Position numbers and translations under genes: made by a program
Part shown: one piece after another, positions 1-13,030 of the stretch
Position numbering within the stretch: the stretch's first letter is position 1
Layout of the letters: each line of letters starts with the position of its first letter
Notes under the pieces: generated by a model
Databases searched by the model: none
Seen by the model: only the letters and a program-made list of their open reading frames with translations
What the model was told of the DNA's origin: nothing
Source: Sphagnum compactum
Lineage: Eukaryota
Length of the DNA stretch: 64,000 nt
NCBI GenBank assembly: GCA_965153455.1
Contig: OZ234493.1
Coordinates: 13,878,213-13,942,212, forward strand
Direction of reading: 5' to 3'

Positions 1-3000
1 CACATTTATATGTCAACACATGGCATCTTGTGAAGTGTCAAATTAATGTTCGAATTACCCATGGATGTACATGTTGCCAAAAAAGGGTTCATCGAAAAAT
101 TATTAACATGTCAAGATGAAGGAAATATGTAATTTGGGGTGGGGACTTTGAATGTAATACATAATTTGAAGATGGGGTCTTTGAGTGGTCACCATGTACA
201 TTTGAAGATAAAATATGACATAATTAAATTATGAAATGACCAATCTTTTAAAAATTGAACATAATTAATCCATGTAATGACTTGAGTTTTAAAAGTTGAA
301 CATATGTAATTTGTGTGGTGATTCATTTGATGATGTTGAGTCATTGGATTAACATTGGCAATTTGAAATTAAATTATTTATATTTGATAAAGATAGAATA
401 TTAATTAATAATTTAAGGTTGGGTGATTCACACTTGATGAGTCATGTGATGAATGCTTAAGTTAATTAATTTAGATGAAAATATAATTTTTGGATGATAC
501 ATTTGAAAGTTGATTGTTAACTTCCATTTATTATTAAAAAAATACTTAGGATTGTGATGAACAACAATTTGAAAGGTTGATGTATAAATAAATATTAATT
601 TTGATAAAACCATAATAAATTTAGAGTTTTTATATTAAAAATTTGAAGACTTGAAAAAGGAATTCATGAATAGGTTGAAAGGATGTAACATGCATCCTTG
701 TGTTTATTAATTTATCACATTTTTTTATTGTTTTGTTAATGAGAATTAAATTCAAGATTCATTAGTTTGGATAAAATGAACATATTACTTCATTCGGGTA
801 TATAATAATGTTGGGGTAGTTATCAAAATAAACCATAATTTTTAGTTTGAAAACCATTGAATAAAACCCAAAGGTGATAATTGGATTAAAAACTATTCAC
901 CATGGTTTTCACTAAAGTGAAAATTGCCCTCTGGAGAAAATTTGACATTTTTTAAAATTCAAAAATCTAAAAATTGCTTATAATAAAAAATATATCCAAG
1001 GATGGTTTCAAACAAAAGGGGTAGGTCTACCCCTTGGGTTCCTTTGTACTCCTAAATGAAAATAAAGTTAAAATGAATAATAGCTTGGACTGTTACATTT
1101 AAAAAAAATTAGATTGTAAATGAACTTAGAATCTAAAATCATATTGAACATTAATATTGTCAATTTTTTAATTATCCATTTTACAATAAACTTTAATGAT
1201 AATCGTACTTCATTTTTTGGATAAGTTCTAAGAAAGATAGACGCATAATGAACTTTTCAAATGATGACACTACATCTATCGTGTAAATAAAGTAAAAAAT
1301 GTGAATTCAAAAACATGTCATAGTAGTATCAAAATAAAAATTAAAAAATAGTTCATCATTGAATGAAAAATTTAAGAATGAAATGCATTGAAACCTTCTT
1401 AAGACAAGATATTTTCATTTAAAACATTTAAAATGTTGTTGTGACTTTTGTGATTTTAAATCATTTTTTCCATTTCATATTGAAATATTTAAGCTTCACA
1501 TGAAATTTTTTATCAATTACATGTCTAGGGATATTTATAAGGTGACCTACCAATATTTGTGAAAAAAAACATAAGTGATGATTATAGGATTTATAGTTTG
1601 ATAATTAGTACAATTGCAAGAATTGTAGCTAATGTAAAAATGTGAAGTTTTCAAAATGTCAAAAGTGAGCCACGTAACCATGTTTTTACCCTCCTTCCTA
1701 ATAAATAATCCCATATGCAATATATTGGTTATAATTTTAAGAGTTCCTTAAATAATGTCGATAATTAAGTCCAAATTTACATGGGGATGCTTGCCACCTT
1801 AGTTCCATAAGTAAATTGAAAAAAAATCATTAACCTAAAAAATCTAGATAGTCTAAATGGAAAGGCATCTAATCTCAAATTTAAAAGGTCAATACATGTG
1901 GAGACCAACTTTGAGATAGTAAAAAATTTTAAAAACTAAAAATTTGTCCTAGAAAGAGAATTTGTCCCAAAAAAGAAAGCATGCCTAGATTTTTCCCTTC
2001 AAGGCAAAGCCAACAAAGAGTGATAGGATGCTTGAAAAGGCAATGTGACATTTAATTTGAATTTTTTCCTTTTAAAAAAATATTTGAAAATTTAATTGTG
2101 ATAATTGTGTGGGAAACATAAATGAAAACTAATAATCATCACCTTTGTGAGAATCGCCAGTGAAAACCCAACTTAGATTTTTCTTTTGAAGATTTAAAAA
2201 ACCCTAGTTGGTTTTCTTAAGTAAAAAAATTGAAGGAACCAAGGCGGTTCTTTAAAGTTCTAAGAACCAAAATTAATTGTTCTCAAGAAAATGAAACAAC
2301 TACCTAACATTAGTATGCAACAAATTACATATCATCAATTCATGAAACTCATTTGTGTTTAAAAAGCCAATTGTCACCACTGCACAACATGTGTATGATT
2401 ACAAAAGATTAATGAAAATATTCCAAATATTCAATTTGGCACCATTGGTTTCTATGTTGTCACATGGTGTTAATGAAATGAATTCAATATTTGTAGTTGT
2501 CAATTATAAAAGTACAAGTAAAGTTGAAATGAACTACAATGCAAATATTACTAGAATAATCAAAACCTAGTTGAAAAAGAATTGGCAAGAATGTTAAGAC
2601 TAAATAATTTGAAAAAAAGTTAAATGACAATCGACATTTGCCATGCACATCTAACTAAAAAAGTTGAGAGCTAATAATGCTAAAATTTGCAAATAATCCT
2701 AATCAATTATTACAAAGTTATCAACTAGGATTGCAAAGCCAAAGATGTCCATTTGATGGACAATGCAAATTTTACAAGTCTAAACATAGTCCAAAAACTA
2801 ACCAATGCATCAATTACCTATAGCCCACATGTGTCCCAACCTACCTCAATTGTTGTGCTTATCTAAGAATAATGAACTTACACTTTCACAAAACACAAAA
2901 TGGTTGTCATGCTTCCATCTAAAGGCATTCCTAATGACTTATTCTAAGTATGATGTACTCATGGTCCCATCAATTCTAAAATATTATAGATGATAGCATC

Positions 3001-5870
3001 ATGGTAAAAATAAATTCCATAATTTCCATATTTTCTTCCCATCACCACCATTTGTGTCTAATAATTAGGACTGAATAATGTCATTTTGCTTCCTTTTTAT
3101 CCAATTTTTGTGTCCAACATCATGTACTACAATATGAAATGCAAAGTCTTGTAGCATAAATATTAAGTTTTCCTCCTATGTCGATGTTGTAACTTCATGA
3201 AAAAGAAGGGGAAATGAAACATACTAAAGAAATTGCTGCATACTCAAAAAGGAGAAAAAAAAGAAAAAAGAATGGAGGCAATTGAATGGCACCTATAATA
3301 ATGACTTTCATGTGTTGAATGTGATGACTTGTTAGATGCATCTTTTCTTGCATAAATGTAAGTACGAGTGTGAAAAAAGACACCATTGCTTGGAGTAACA
3401 AAGAAATGGAAAAACAAACACTACTTGGAGGAAGAAAGTAAAAGTGTAGGAAAGAAAAACTACTTAAAAATAATAGGAGTGTAGAAAAATAACACTTACT
3501 CAGAATAACAAAGAAACCTTGGACTATAGGTCTACTAGAAGAGGGATTTGCAAAAATAGAAATGAAAAAAAAGTTTGAGCACAAAGAGAAGAACATAGGG
3601 AAGATGGATTCATTTTGTCAAAATTTTATAGTTTTGAAATGTGTTTGCATCACCAATCCAAGGTCAACTATCATAGTTGAAATGTTGACACAATCACAAC
3701 CAATTTTCAAATATAATTCAAATTTTGAGTTTATTGCCAACACATTGCTATTAATATCAAATATTTCATTCATCCAATTTGGAAATCATTTCCTTAAATA
3801 TGATTGAAGATTAGCAACATATACTAACCATATACATGCATCTATTTACCTACTAACCACCTATTATCATACTTACCCTAGGTATCTACATACGAAATAC
3901 AAGATTGGTTACCAAGGTGAAACTCACCATTAACTCAATTCAGGTTCATCCACGATTGAATTGTAACAAGCTTTCAATGCATAATTGATCTTAATGTTTA
4001 TTTTTACTACTTGATTAATTATGCTTATTTTTCCTTACCTAGTAATCACCTATTATCCTATCTACCCTCCCTACTTACAAACTTGAGTTCTCTTTTATAG
4101 GATAGGTTATCAAGGTGGTTTACTACCTACCTACCAATAACCCATGACTAGTTCATATTCATGTACTAACCATTTACATGCATCTACTTACCTAGAACCC
4201 ACCTATTATCTTAGACATACAAACAAGATAATTGGAGCAACCTGCAAGACAAGATAAAAGAGGGTTGTATCTAGCATACAACATGCTTAGCCTTTCCATT
4301 AGTACTTGTTCATTATAATCACGCGATATAAAGGTCGACATGTCTCCATGACTTCACCAATTTGGATGCCAACAACTCTAAATGGAGCAAAAGTCCACTA
4401 CTGTGTTCATCTCCTGGCTTTTGTGTCACTTGTAGCACACATCGCAATATTGCATCTTCCATGTCGGCCTTGTTTCTAATTTGCCTAAAATTGAGCCATA
4501 TTTCCTTCAGAACCCACCCATTGTTTTGCAACCTAAAGAATGATTTATGACATTGTTTAGAACACTTCAGGAATTGATCTAGATCAAGAATTGATCTAGA
4601 TGTAAATCCATCTTTCAAAACTTTGCAAAACTCTTCAATAGTGATGCTAGGAGGAAAAGGGTTTTTCTTATTTTACTAATTACATCTTGATTGCATGTTG
4701 TCCTCAACTTCATTTCAACTATAGAATTATATTTATTTTCCAAAAATTTCACGTGAATAATTAATTAGACCTACCAAATAAGTTGAATTGTTTACTAAGT
4801 GTATGATGTTGGCCATTGAGTAGAGTTGAACTTCAAAACATTTTTTATTCTAAAAATAAATTCAATTGAACTATAGTCTAGACGTTAGAGGGTTGTTCTA
4901 GGTAAGTAGTAAAACTAGACATTAGGCTAATGTTGCACCTTGGTAACCTATCCTTTATAGGATAGATCTTGTATGTAGGTATGTAGGGTAAGGTAGAATA
5001 ATATGAGACTACTAGGTAAGTAGATGCATGTACATGATAAGTATGTAATATAGCCTAACGGTTTGTAAGTAGGTAGGTAATAAAAACTTGTTTTTAATTT
5101 TGTTTGAGTCGCACTTGTCTTCTTGGCAGTGGAGTTCATGAGTGCGAATTTTGTCATGGGGAGTGAAACTGCTAGGCCCTTGGTGAAAATTTTCTACAAA
5201 CAGCCTAAGACTGTCCTGGTCCATTGCTACAACGCCCATGTGCATTAATCCTAAGCAGAGCGTAAGCAAAATCATGAAGTAATCATTTGTAGACCATGAG
5301 TCGGTGATGGATGTGTAGATCTTGAGGTAACAACCTTTCTAGCTGCAGTGACACCTTCCACCTTCTATTTCAGTCCCTTATGCCTACTAAAGGGGTACCT
5401 CATGTCTAGTTGTAAGTGCCTCTGCACGTAGAGGAGGCATTATCATTGAATACAAGGTGCCCACCTCTAACACTAGAAACAAACAGCTTGAAATTTACAT
5501 AACAAAGAGCAAGCCCTGTACAGCAGACTCTGCTGAGTAAACAGTAAACCCTCAATGGGTGAACCTTATAGGAGCTTAATTGACAGGAATCAGCACTTGC
5601 TAACCTTTTACCACTTTCATTGACAGGATACAATGTGCAAATGGTAAACCCTTCATGTATCAAATCTTTTGACAAATACAAGAGGAATTTCGACTATGTC
5701 AAGAAATAGATCACTACACAACTGAAAATTGATGAGGTTTTGGAATGCTTTGCAACATCTCTATGGAGTGCTTTGAGACGCTAAAATCCACTTTAAATGC
5801 ATCAGAAAGTTTTACAGCTTCCTAATCAGGAAAATGAAGACATGCTAACCAGAAATGTGCTACATGTATA

Positions 5871-8800
5871 TTACAACACATAGTCTTCAGGACTATAGTA
5901 TTCTGCCACAAGCCTGTACACATATGATGGATTGTGGCCCCCGCTGCACAACACATTACAATAAGCATTAACAGGCATGAGACAATTTCTAGCCTTCGTT
6001 AAAGCAAGGCAAAAGAATCATATAGAACAGATGATGCTACGAGAGGGAGATACTTACGTGTCTGTTATAAAAAGGCTCACAAGCTCAGGTGGGACATAAT
6101 CAAAGGATGGATTGACAACATGTGTACGAGATCCACCAGGACTTCCATCCAAGCAATCTGAAAACTCCCCAAAATCGATGATTTCTGAAGGTGACTTCAA
6201 GTCATTGAGCAATGTGTCTGGATTATGTGGGTACTGTGGACAGAGCTGAGCCCCACAACATGCAGGTAACCACATGAAGTCAGTGGTAACCCACTGAACA
6301 TGGTTTCTTATTCTAGCAATCAGATCATGTAACAGTCATGCATAAACCTTACATAGTCGCCAAAACCCCACTCCTCAAACATGACTGTACTTAGGCAAAT
6401 CACTTACATATGAACCCATCTGGCTACACATTTTCTGGCTAAATAGCTGACAATTCTATGCTTCCAATTAGACTGCAGATTTTGTTCCTGAAATTCATTA
6501 AATTGATGGAGACCAGAGTAGGGTGTGTACCTTGTGCACTCCAGCAAGCACCACAAATGGTACTGCATGTCGTCGGGCTGCGAGTGCAACCATGTGTAGG
6601 CCTACTGGTGCTACAACGCCCCCATTTGCCATCACTGCATGTGCCCCTACTATTACCTTTCCACCCATGTCCAAACATAACTTATATCAACACAAGGATT
6701 TGATGAGTGGAATGAAAAACTATTATAAAAAGCTATAAATGGTACAATTTACATTCCACAAAGTTTTTTGGCATAAAGAACATAGGGCTTCTCAAAATTG
6801 GTTGCCTTTCCCAAACCAGAGAGTGGAGACACTGTAAATGCACAACAAGAAGAACTATCATCAGTTTTCAAAAGGCTTAGGCAGATATCACCTACCATAT
6901 TTACACGGGAAATCATTGCAAAGACAGCGGAATCAGTGATGACAGTTGTTTGTAGATCTACATCTGCCAGCTCCCTAGCCAACATGTGCCCTTGATACCT
7001 AAAATTAAGATAAATTTTGATGTAAGCAATGGTGCATTCAAGAGAATGTTTGGTTTGCATATGAAGCATACTCTCTAGACCAATATGGACAAGTAGAAAA
7101 AAATTCTGAAGATAAAAACCTTAGAATGGTCACAAGAAAATTTGAAACTTTCAGGCAATCTAGCAGTTTGACAAGCCAGTCTAGGAACTGAAAAGCCTCC
7201 AGAAGTGCATCAGCAATTCTACTGTAACTAAAGCTGTCAATAGGATTGTGTATAACAAGAGAAAGTAATCCTGGGTCATATACTAATGATGTAAGGTGGA
7301 TCTCACTAGCATGAATATATGCAATAATGAGTGATGAACCAGGAATACTGCCACCAGCACCGTACACTTGACTGTCCCCATGATCCTTCAGCATGCAAAT
7401 TTCTTACCTTGGTGCACCTTCTGCAATCACCACCTGAAATGACCTCTTCTTCTTAGCCTCCTTCAGAAACTCCCGCAAAGTGACTGACCGACCAAGTGTC
7501 AAAATTACTTCACTGCACAAACCTTGTCAAAACCTTGTCAAAAAATCTCACCATGAACTGCAATGATAGCGACACCTCTGTTTTTTTTTTTACACAGACC
7601 CAGATGTGGACATGAAAGATTTCTGTTCAGCATGAGAGTTCCAACATGAATTTGATTTTAAGAACAGAATAATGCAGGGTGAGATCATATCACAACCCCC
7701 CAGAACCAATTGGCAGAGAAGTGAAAGGCATAGATAACTCTGAAGGATTGCTCTTCAGCATCAATATGCAATATTCCTGTTGTACACCAATATGCAATGG
7801 CTGTACAACAGGAATTGCAAATAGCCAGAAATAAGGATAAGCCCATTAATTCCCAACTAAAGTCTCAAACCATCTCTTCATGACATTTTCTGCTCTGCCA
7901 ACCTAGTGCTCCAAGGAGTTATGAAAATGATTGCAAACCCTCAAATGAACAGAGTAGCTTGAAAACAGAGACATACTTCTGATGAATATGTTCCAGCGCT
8001 TGCTCAGCTACTTGAGAGTGACAGTTATCAATCTCCTGAAGAAGTTCAGTGATTGCCTCAATCACATTATGCTTCAACTTGCGGCTCATCAAGTTCCTAT
8101 CACCCGCTGAACCCATGCCCGTCTTTGAGATACCAGCTAATGTCAGCCAATTCACTCATCAGGCAGAAGGCGTCATCATCTGCCCACAATAAAATCTATA
8201 CACAAATGTTTTGATGGAAACAAGTAAACAACCACATGTTGTAAAGAAAGAGACATCAATCTCAGGGAGAAACAACAACAGGAAAACCAAAAGAAAAATT
8301 CCAATGAGTAACAGTGCAAAGGAACCTACAATGTTTTCAGCTAGCCCAGGTTACGAAACAATTCAACTTCTCTAGCTCAATGAAAATCAAAACCTAAGAC
8401 TTTAAAATCTTGTGTTAGTTTGAACAATGGGCTCAGTGCAATCTGTTTCTGTCACTATGAGAATACCAATGGGCTGCTGTGAGCACTTACATCGACTCCT
8501 TGCCTCTGACTCAGTGGCTGATGGCACTCGAGCAACCTGAGTTGCTGCTGTGCCTGGCACTGACTCCAGCAAGTTGTACAAGGAAGGTGCGCGCAAGGTG
8601 TTTCGAGTTGCAGCTGCCACAGAAACCGCAGACAAGGCTGATCGTCCTGCTGCATTCCCAAATTCATCTTCATCATCACTATCCAGTGTCGAATCCAGAA
8701 TTGAATCCGATGCCAAAGAGACATCTTCCTCGCGAATTATATGAAGTACCCTCCGTACTATGTTTCCCAGAGCCAATTCTGCAAACCAGACGACCAAAAT

Positions 8801-9424
8801 GGAGTCATTGAAACTGTTGCAAACTCATATCTCTCTTTGAAAAAACCAATCAACTCAAAAAAGAAGAAAAGAAACTTTGCTTTTGAAGAGTGGAAGGGTA
8901 AAGAAAAGAGAGAAACCTATAGGGTTAGCTGCAATTATGCGAACACCAACAGCTTTAACAGCTTCAATTAGTGCTGCTGCCTGGCCAGAAGACGGAAGTC
9001 GCTGGTGGGATACCACTAGCCGCAGCAGCTCCGCTGTCAGCTTCGCACTACTCTGAGAACCGACCACTTGCCTGATCTCGTTCATCAATCCCCCGCAAAC
9101 TCTTTTCCATCAGCCAATAGACAAAGATTCTTTCTTTGTAATCTAATCCGGCTCCCATGACAAAAAAGGATCCAAAACCTATCAGGGAAAGAGAAATGGA
9201 AAAAGAAAGCACACGTCCTTCTCTGCGAGCCAAATCCTCAACACAAGACAATGCCTCCCAGGGAAGCTCAAGAAGTGCCGATGGATTGCACAAAACTGAT
9301 TTGAAATAAACGAAAGGATTTTCAAAACTATTGCCAAAAAACGGAGAGATATTATACACCTGCGCCGGATCTTAGTAACGAATTGGTCCACGGCGGCCTC
9401 ATAGCCAGACGTAGTGCCCACCAT
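5871..9424 (-). CDS. EIF2B2: Translation initiation factor eIF2B subunit beta, 9 exons, about 410 aa
   Basis: Exons with GT-AG boundaries and consistent phases: 9424-9360, 9071-8917, 8778-8491, 8106-7977 (alternative in-frame acceptor at 8136), 7512-7408, 6998-6896, 6656-6531, 6245-6058, 5943-5871. Motifs [90 protein letters not shown]. ATG in GCCATGG context at 9424. Confidence 0.95.
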
Positions 9425-9426
9425 GG

Positions 9427-9460
9427 CTCCTCCTCCTCCTCCTCCTCCTCCTCCTCCTCC
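9427..9460. repeat. (CCT/GGA)n microsatellite immediately 5' of the eIF2B beta ATG
   Basis: About 11 CCT units are directly visible. They explain the poly-Gly and poly-Pro ORFs in the track. Confidence 0.9.
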
Positions 9461-9681
9461 TGCTGACACTGACTACAGCTTCACGGAACCCTTTGAAAGC
9501 CGGCTGGTTCCTCAAGTCCGATTCCACAAGAACCTCCAAATTCTACCGCTACTTACCTCGGATGTACAAGAGCGAGAATCTTCTTCCACAATGCCAGAGC
9601 TCCAAACTTCTGTGGAACCAGAGCTTCGCGGGACGCACAGAACACGAGCTTCGAGCTTCGCACTTCGCGCGGGTTGCGATG

Positions 9682-9709
9682 AAACCCTAGCGTCAAACCC
9701 TAACCCTAA
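9682..9709. promoter_or_regulatory. Telo-box motifs (AAACCCTA) in the eIF2B beta promoter/5' region
   Basis: AAACCCTA at 9682-9689 and AAACCCTAACCCTAA at 9695-9709, in GC-rich sequence upstream of a translation-factor gene, the typical context of plant telo-boxes. The motif is also common elsewhere in this window. Confidence 0.5.
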
Positions 9710-10087
9710 ATCCGCATCTTGGAAGTCTCGTGCGCAACGAGCTTGAGTGGGATAATTTAAAGTCCCTTTTTACACTTGAGACCGCTCGAGAGGACTCTTT
9801 ACAAGCATCGAGTAGTGGCAATTACCTTAATTGATGCCCCAAAAAGGTTCAAACCAAAAGAGGCCTTTTCACACTATGTCATGCCAATGGCCTGCATATG
9901 ATATTGCTACTATCATTTCAACACCTAATTGCTAAGTGGTAGAAAAAGGCTTAATTTTTTTTTCGAGGAAAATATGGAGGTAAAATACTCAAACCATTTT
10001 TAAAAGATTGTATGAGGGAAAAACTACTACACATGTGTTTTCTTTAATATAAAACATCAAATTCATTTCATGTGTTAATTATATTAT

Positions 10088-10092
10088 GTATG

Positions 10093-10131
<39 letters not shown>
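10088..10131. repeat. (TA)n microsatellite
   Basis: Visible TA run with a few interruptions. Confidence 0.85.
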
Positions 10132-13030
10132 GGCATTTAGTTTAGTGTGAAGATAGTTTTAACTTTTTTTGTGTTTTGGTCTTGAATTGTTGTGGTAACA
10201 AGCTCAGTTTATTTTGATTTGTCTACATGTTATGTTTTCATTGAGCTTTAACTTTGTTAGTTTTGAGGGTTTCTACTTGTAATTGAATTGAGCAATTCGT
10301 TTTCTAAGGCTTGGAAGGCTTTGTGGAATCACATTAGTGGAGAGTTAAAGGAGTGGGGGATTAGAAGGGGGTCATACCAATTGGAGCACGTATAACTTAG
10401 TTTCACTTGAATTGTCTTAGATTATTCTAACTTTGACAATGAGGTTTGATTGAGGATCTCAAGCTCATTGAATTAGGTTTTCGTTGCACAATCATTAGGG
10501 TTGCATTGTGAGATGAAACAATTGATAGACAATGAAGCTTGGATGACTTTTGACCTCCTATCCTTAATTTGTTAATTCTTTGATTGTTCATATGCATGGA
10601 GTCACACCACTATTTACACTCCTCCACAAAGTAATATGTTTGAAAATGTAAATTATTAGTATGATTCAATTATAATATTAGGAATGAAAAGTTGGCATTC
10701 CTTTTCCCATAAATTTGCTTTGCTTTAAGACCTTGTGTTGTTATTAGCCTTCTTGTAATTCCATACCTTTGTTTTGGACCTTCAATTGTTGTTTTGTCCA
10801 AAAATCATTTGCATTGTGTTATTTTCACTTCTTTTTTTTGTTAAAGACACTTAGTTCCCACTTCTTGGTTGTATTACTTTTGGTTTTCTTCATCCTTACA
10901 TAATTAATTTTGGAGTTGAGAACAAAATGTTCTCTTCCGAGGCATATTTTGGAAGACCACTCACCAACCCCATGCCATAGTTTAGTCCCTTTGCAACATG
11001 GGTTGTAAAGAAATCAAGACTCACCAATGTTCGGGTTTTATTTGAATGCGAAATGGTGAGGACAAGTGAATCTTTTGAAACTCCGGTTAATATTAAGCAT
11101 ACTTGGATACTTGACAAATTATTTTGTCATGCCCTTCTTGTAGTTGATCACACAGCAAGGAAACCTAAAAAAACATATTTGAGATTTTTTTTAAAATAAA
11201 AGAAAACCAACCTTTTTCCTACTTGTTAATTGATATTTAAACATATTATTTAAATGGATGGTAATTGTAGGATTTAGTAATTTCACAACATTTGTCATTC
11301 CATACGATTTCCAAACATGACATTCAAAAAAGATGGAAACTAGGAATTCTTACCAAATGATTATGATCAAGGCATAGATATTGGATGGTTTTTAGTAAGT
11401 GTATGATGATTGCATGATGGACTATTGGTGGTGATATAAATATGTCTTTAGAAAAGCAACCCTACTTCAAGCATAAGACCACACCATTGACCAATGTATC
11501 CTAAACCCTAAACACTATATTGGTAGTGTATATTTATATTGGTCTAGGATTTAGGGTTTAGGGTATAAATATTGGTCTAGGGCTTAGAAGTTAGGACATA
11601 TTGATACCCAAACCCTAAACCCTACAGTATATTTATAATGCCTAGAAACATTTTGTTATTTAAAAAGTCACCCTGGCTTTAGGTCCTAGTTTGACCCTCT
11701 AATCCATGTTTCATCCCCAATTTGAGTGTAGCCATAAAGTGAACAAAATTGGTATTGTTCCATGAGACTTGGTATCACTTCAAAAAACTTGCAAGATCTT
11801 TTGTTCTGACAAGGCTTTGATTTAATCAAGAATATGAGCAGCAATGAAAGTGAAAGTGCAGCAAAGGCAACAAATCCAAAACTGGGGGTGAAACTTCATC
11901 AGGGACCAATTTAGTGAGGAACCTAATTTGGTCCCCTGTAATTCTTTTACTTTTATTTTCTGTGCACTGTTTTCATCCTCACTTCTCATTTCATCTCCAG
12001 TTTGGGGTACTTTACTGTGTTATGATTGTGTGGTGATCAATCCCATCATAAAGTTGAGGGGATGTATGTGACAACATGTTGAGAAACACATTGGGAACTT
12101 GGGAACCTGTTGAAAAACCATGAGGAATTTCATGGGAACACATTGGGAACGGCCACTCTCCCCCAAAAATCAAAAAAAGAACCCAGGTCCCTTGAGTGCA
12201 TGCTGCCGCAGCTCATTCATTGGCTGGAAGATTTTATTTAATTTTTGCATACCTATGTTTTTTTTGCTAATTCTTGGCCTTGGCTAATTGCAGGGGTGTG
12301 AACTATGTAGGCCATATTGTTGGAGTTACTTATTCATGGTTTGTCACCATTTTCAACCTGGACCCCCAGTTTATAATGGAGGTACCTGTTCATTCATAAT
12401 TCTATTAATTAATGAGGGGATACGACCTAAGTTTCTCTTTTCTTTGTTTAAAAGGAGCCATTTGATTGGCCCATCACAAATATTTTTGAAACATGGGGCA
12501 CCCACCAACATAGAAGCTTTCCTCCCCAAAATAGAAGCATGTTTTGTCATGCTTCCCTTTGGCCCCCCTTTTACAAGTTATGTGCATGGAAGTTGAACCA
12601 TGGCCAAACAATATGGGATAAAAAAAAGGAGGTGCTAAATATTGGGAATGTCTTTCGAAGCACATTGGCAACTTGTGAGAAAGGACTTTGCTTTCATAAT
12701 GGAATCTATAACTAGGCTAGTGTGGAAGATAGAACCATTTGTATGGATTATTGAATGTCAACATGCATCCAAAAGTTCATCGAAAACGAATATATTGAAG
12801 CTCTAATATCGATTTCACCTAATTGGCAACTAGAGTTCCATGTTCATCCAAATATTTCTTTGTTGGCAATAGAGGCTATGTTGGTCGTAACTAAACAAAT
12901 AAACTTGATCAATCGATAGTTTATGCTTTCAATTTGTTGAACAAGGTAGAACAAAATTATACCATAACATAATGACATGGCATTCATGTACCTGGTGAAT
13001 AATCCACATGTATTTGGGAGGATTGTTAAA

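Noticed and set aside
9414-9746. Poly-proline ORF (+) and poly-glycine N-terminal extension from 9469 (-)
   Set aside because: Both arise from the CCT microsatellite, and the track's starts are GTG. The eIF2B beta ATG at 9424 has a good context.
11500-11625. Telomere-like TTTAGGG/CCCTAAA clusters
   Set aside because: Only 2-3 degenerate units per cluster, and similar motifs are scattered through the window. Not a telomeric array.
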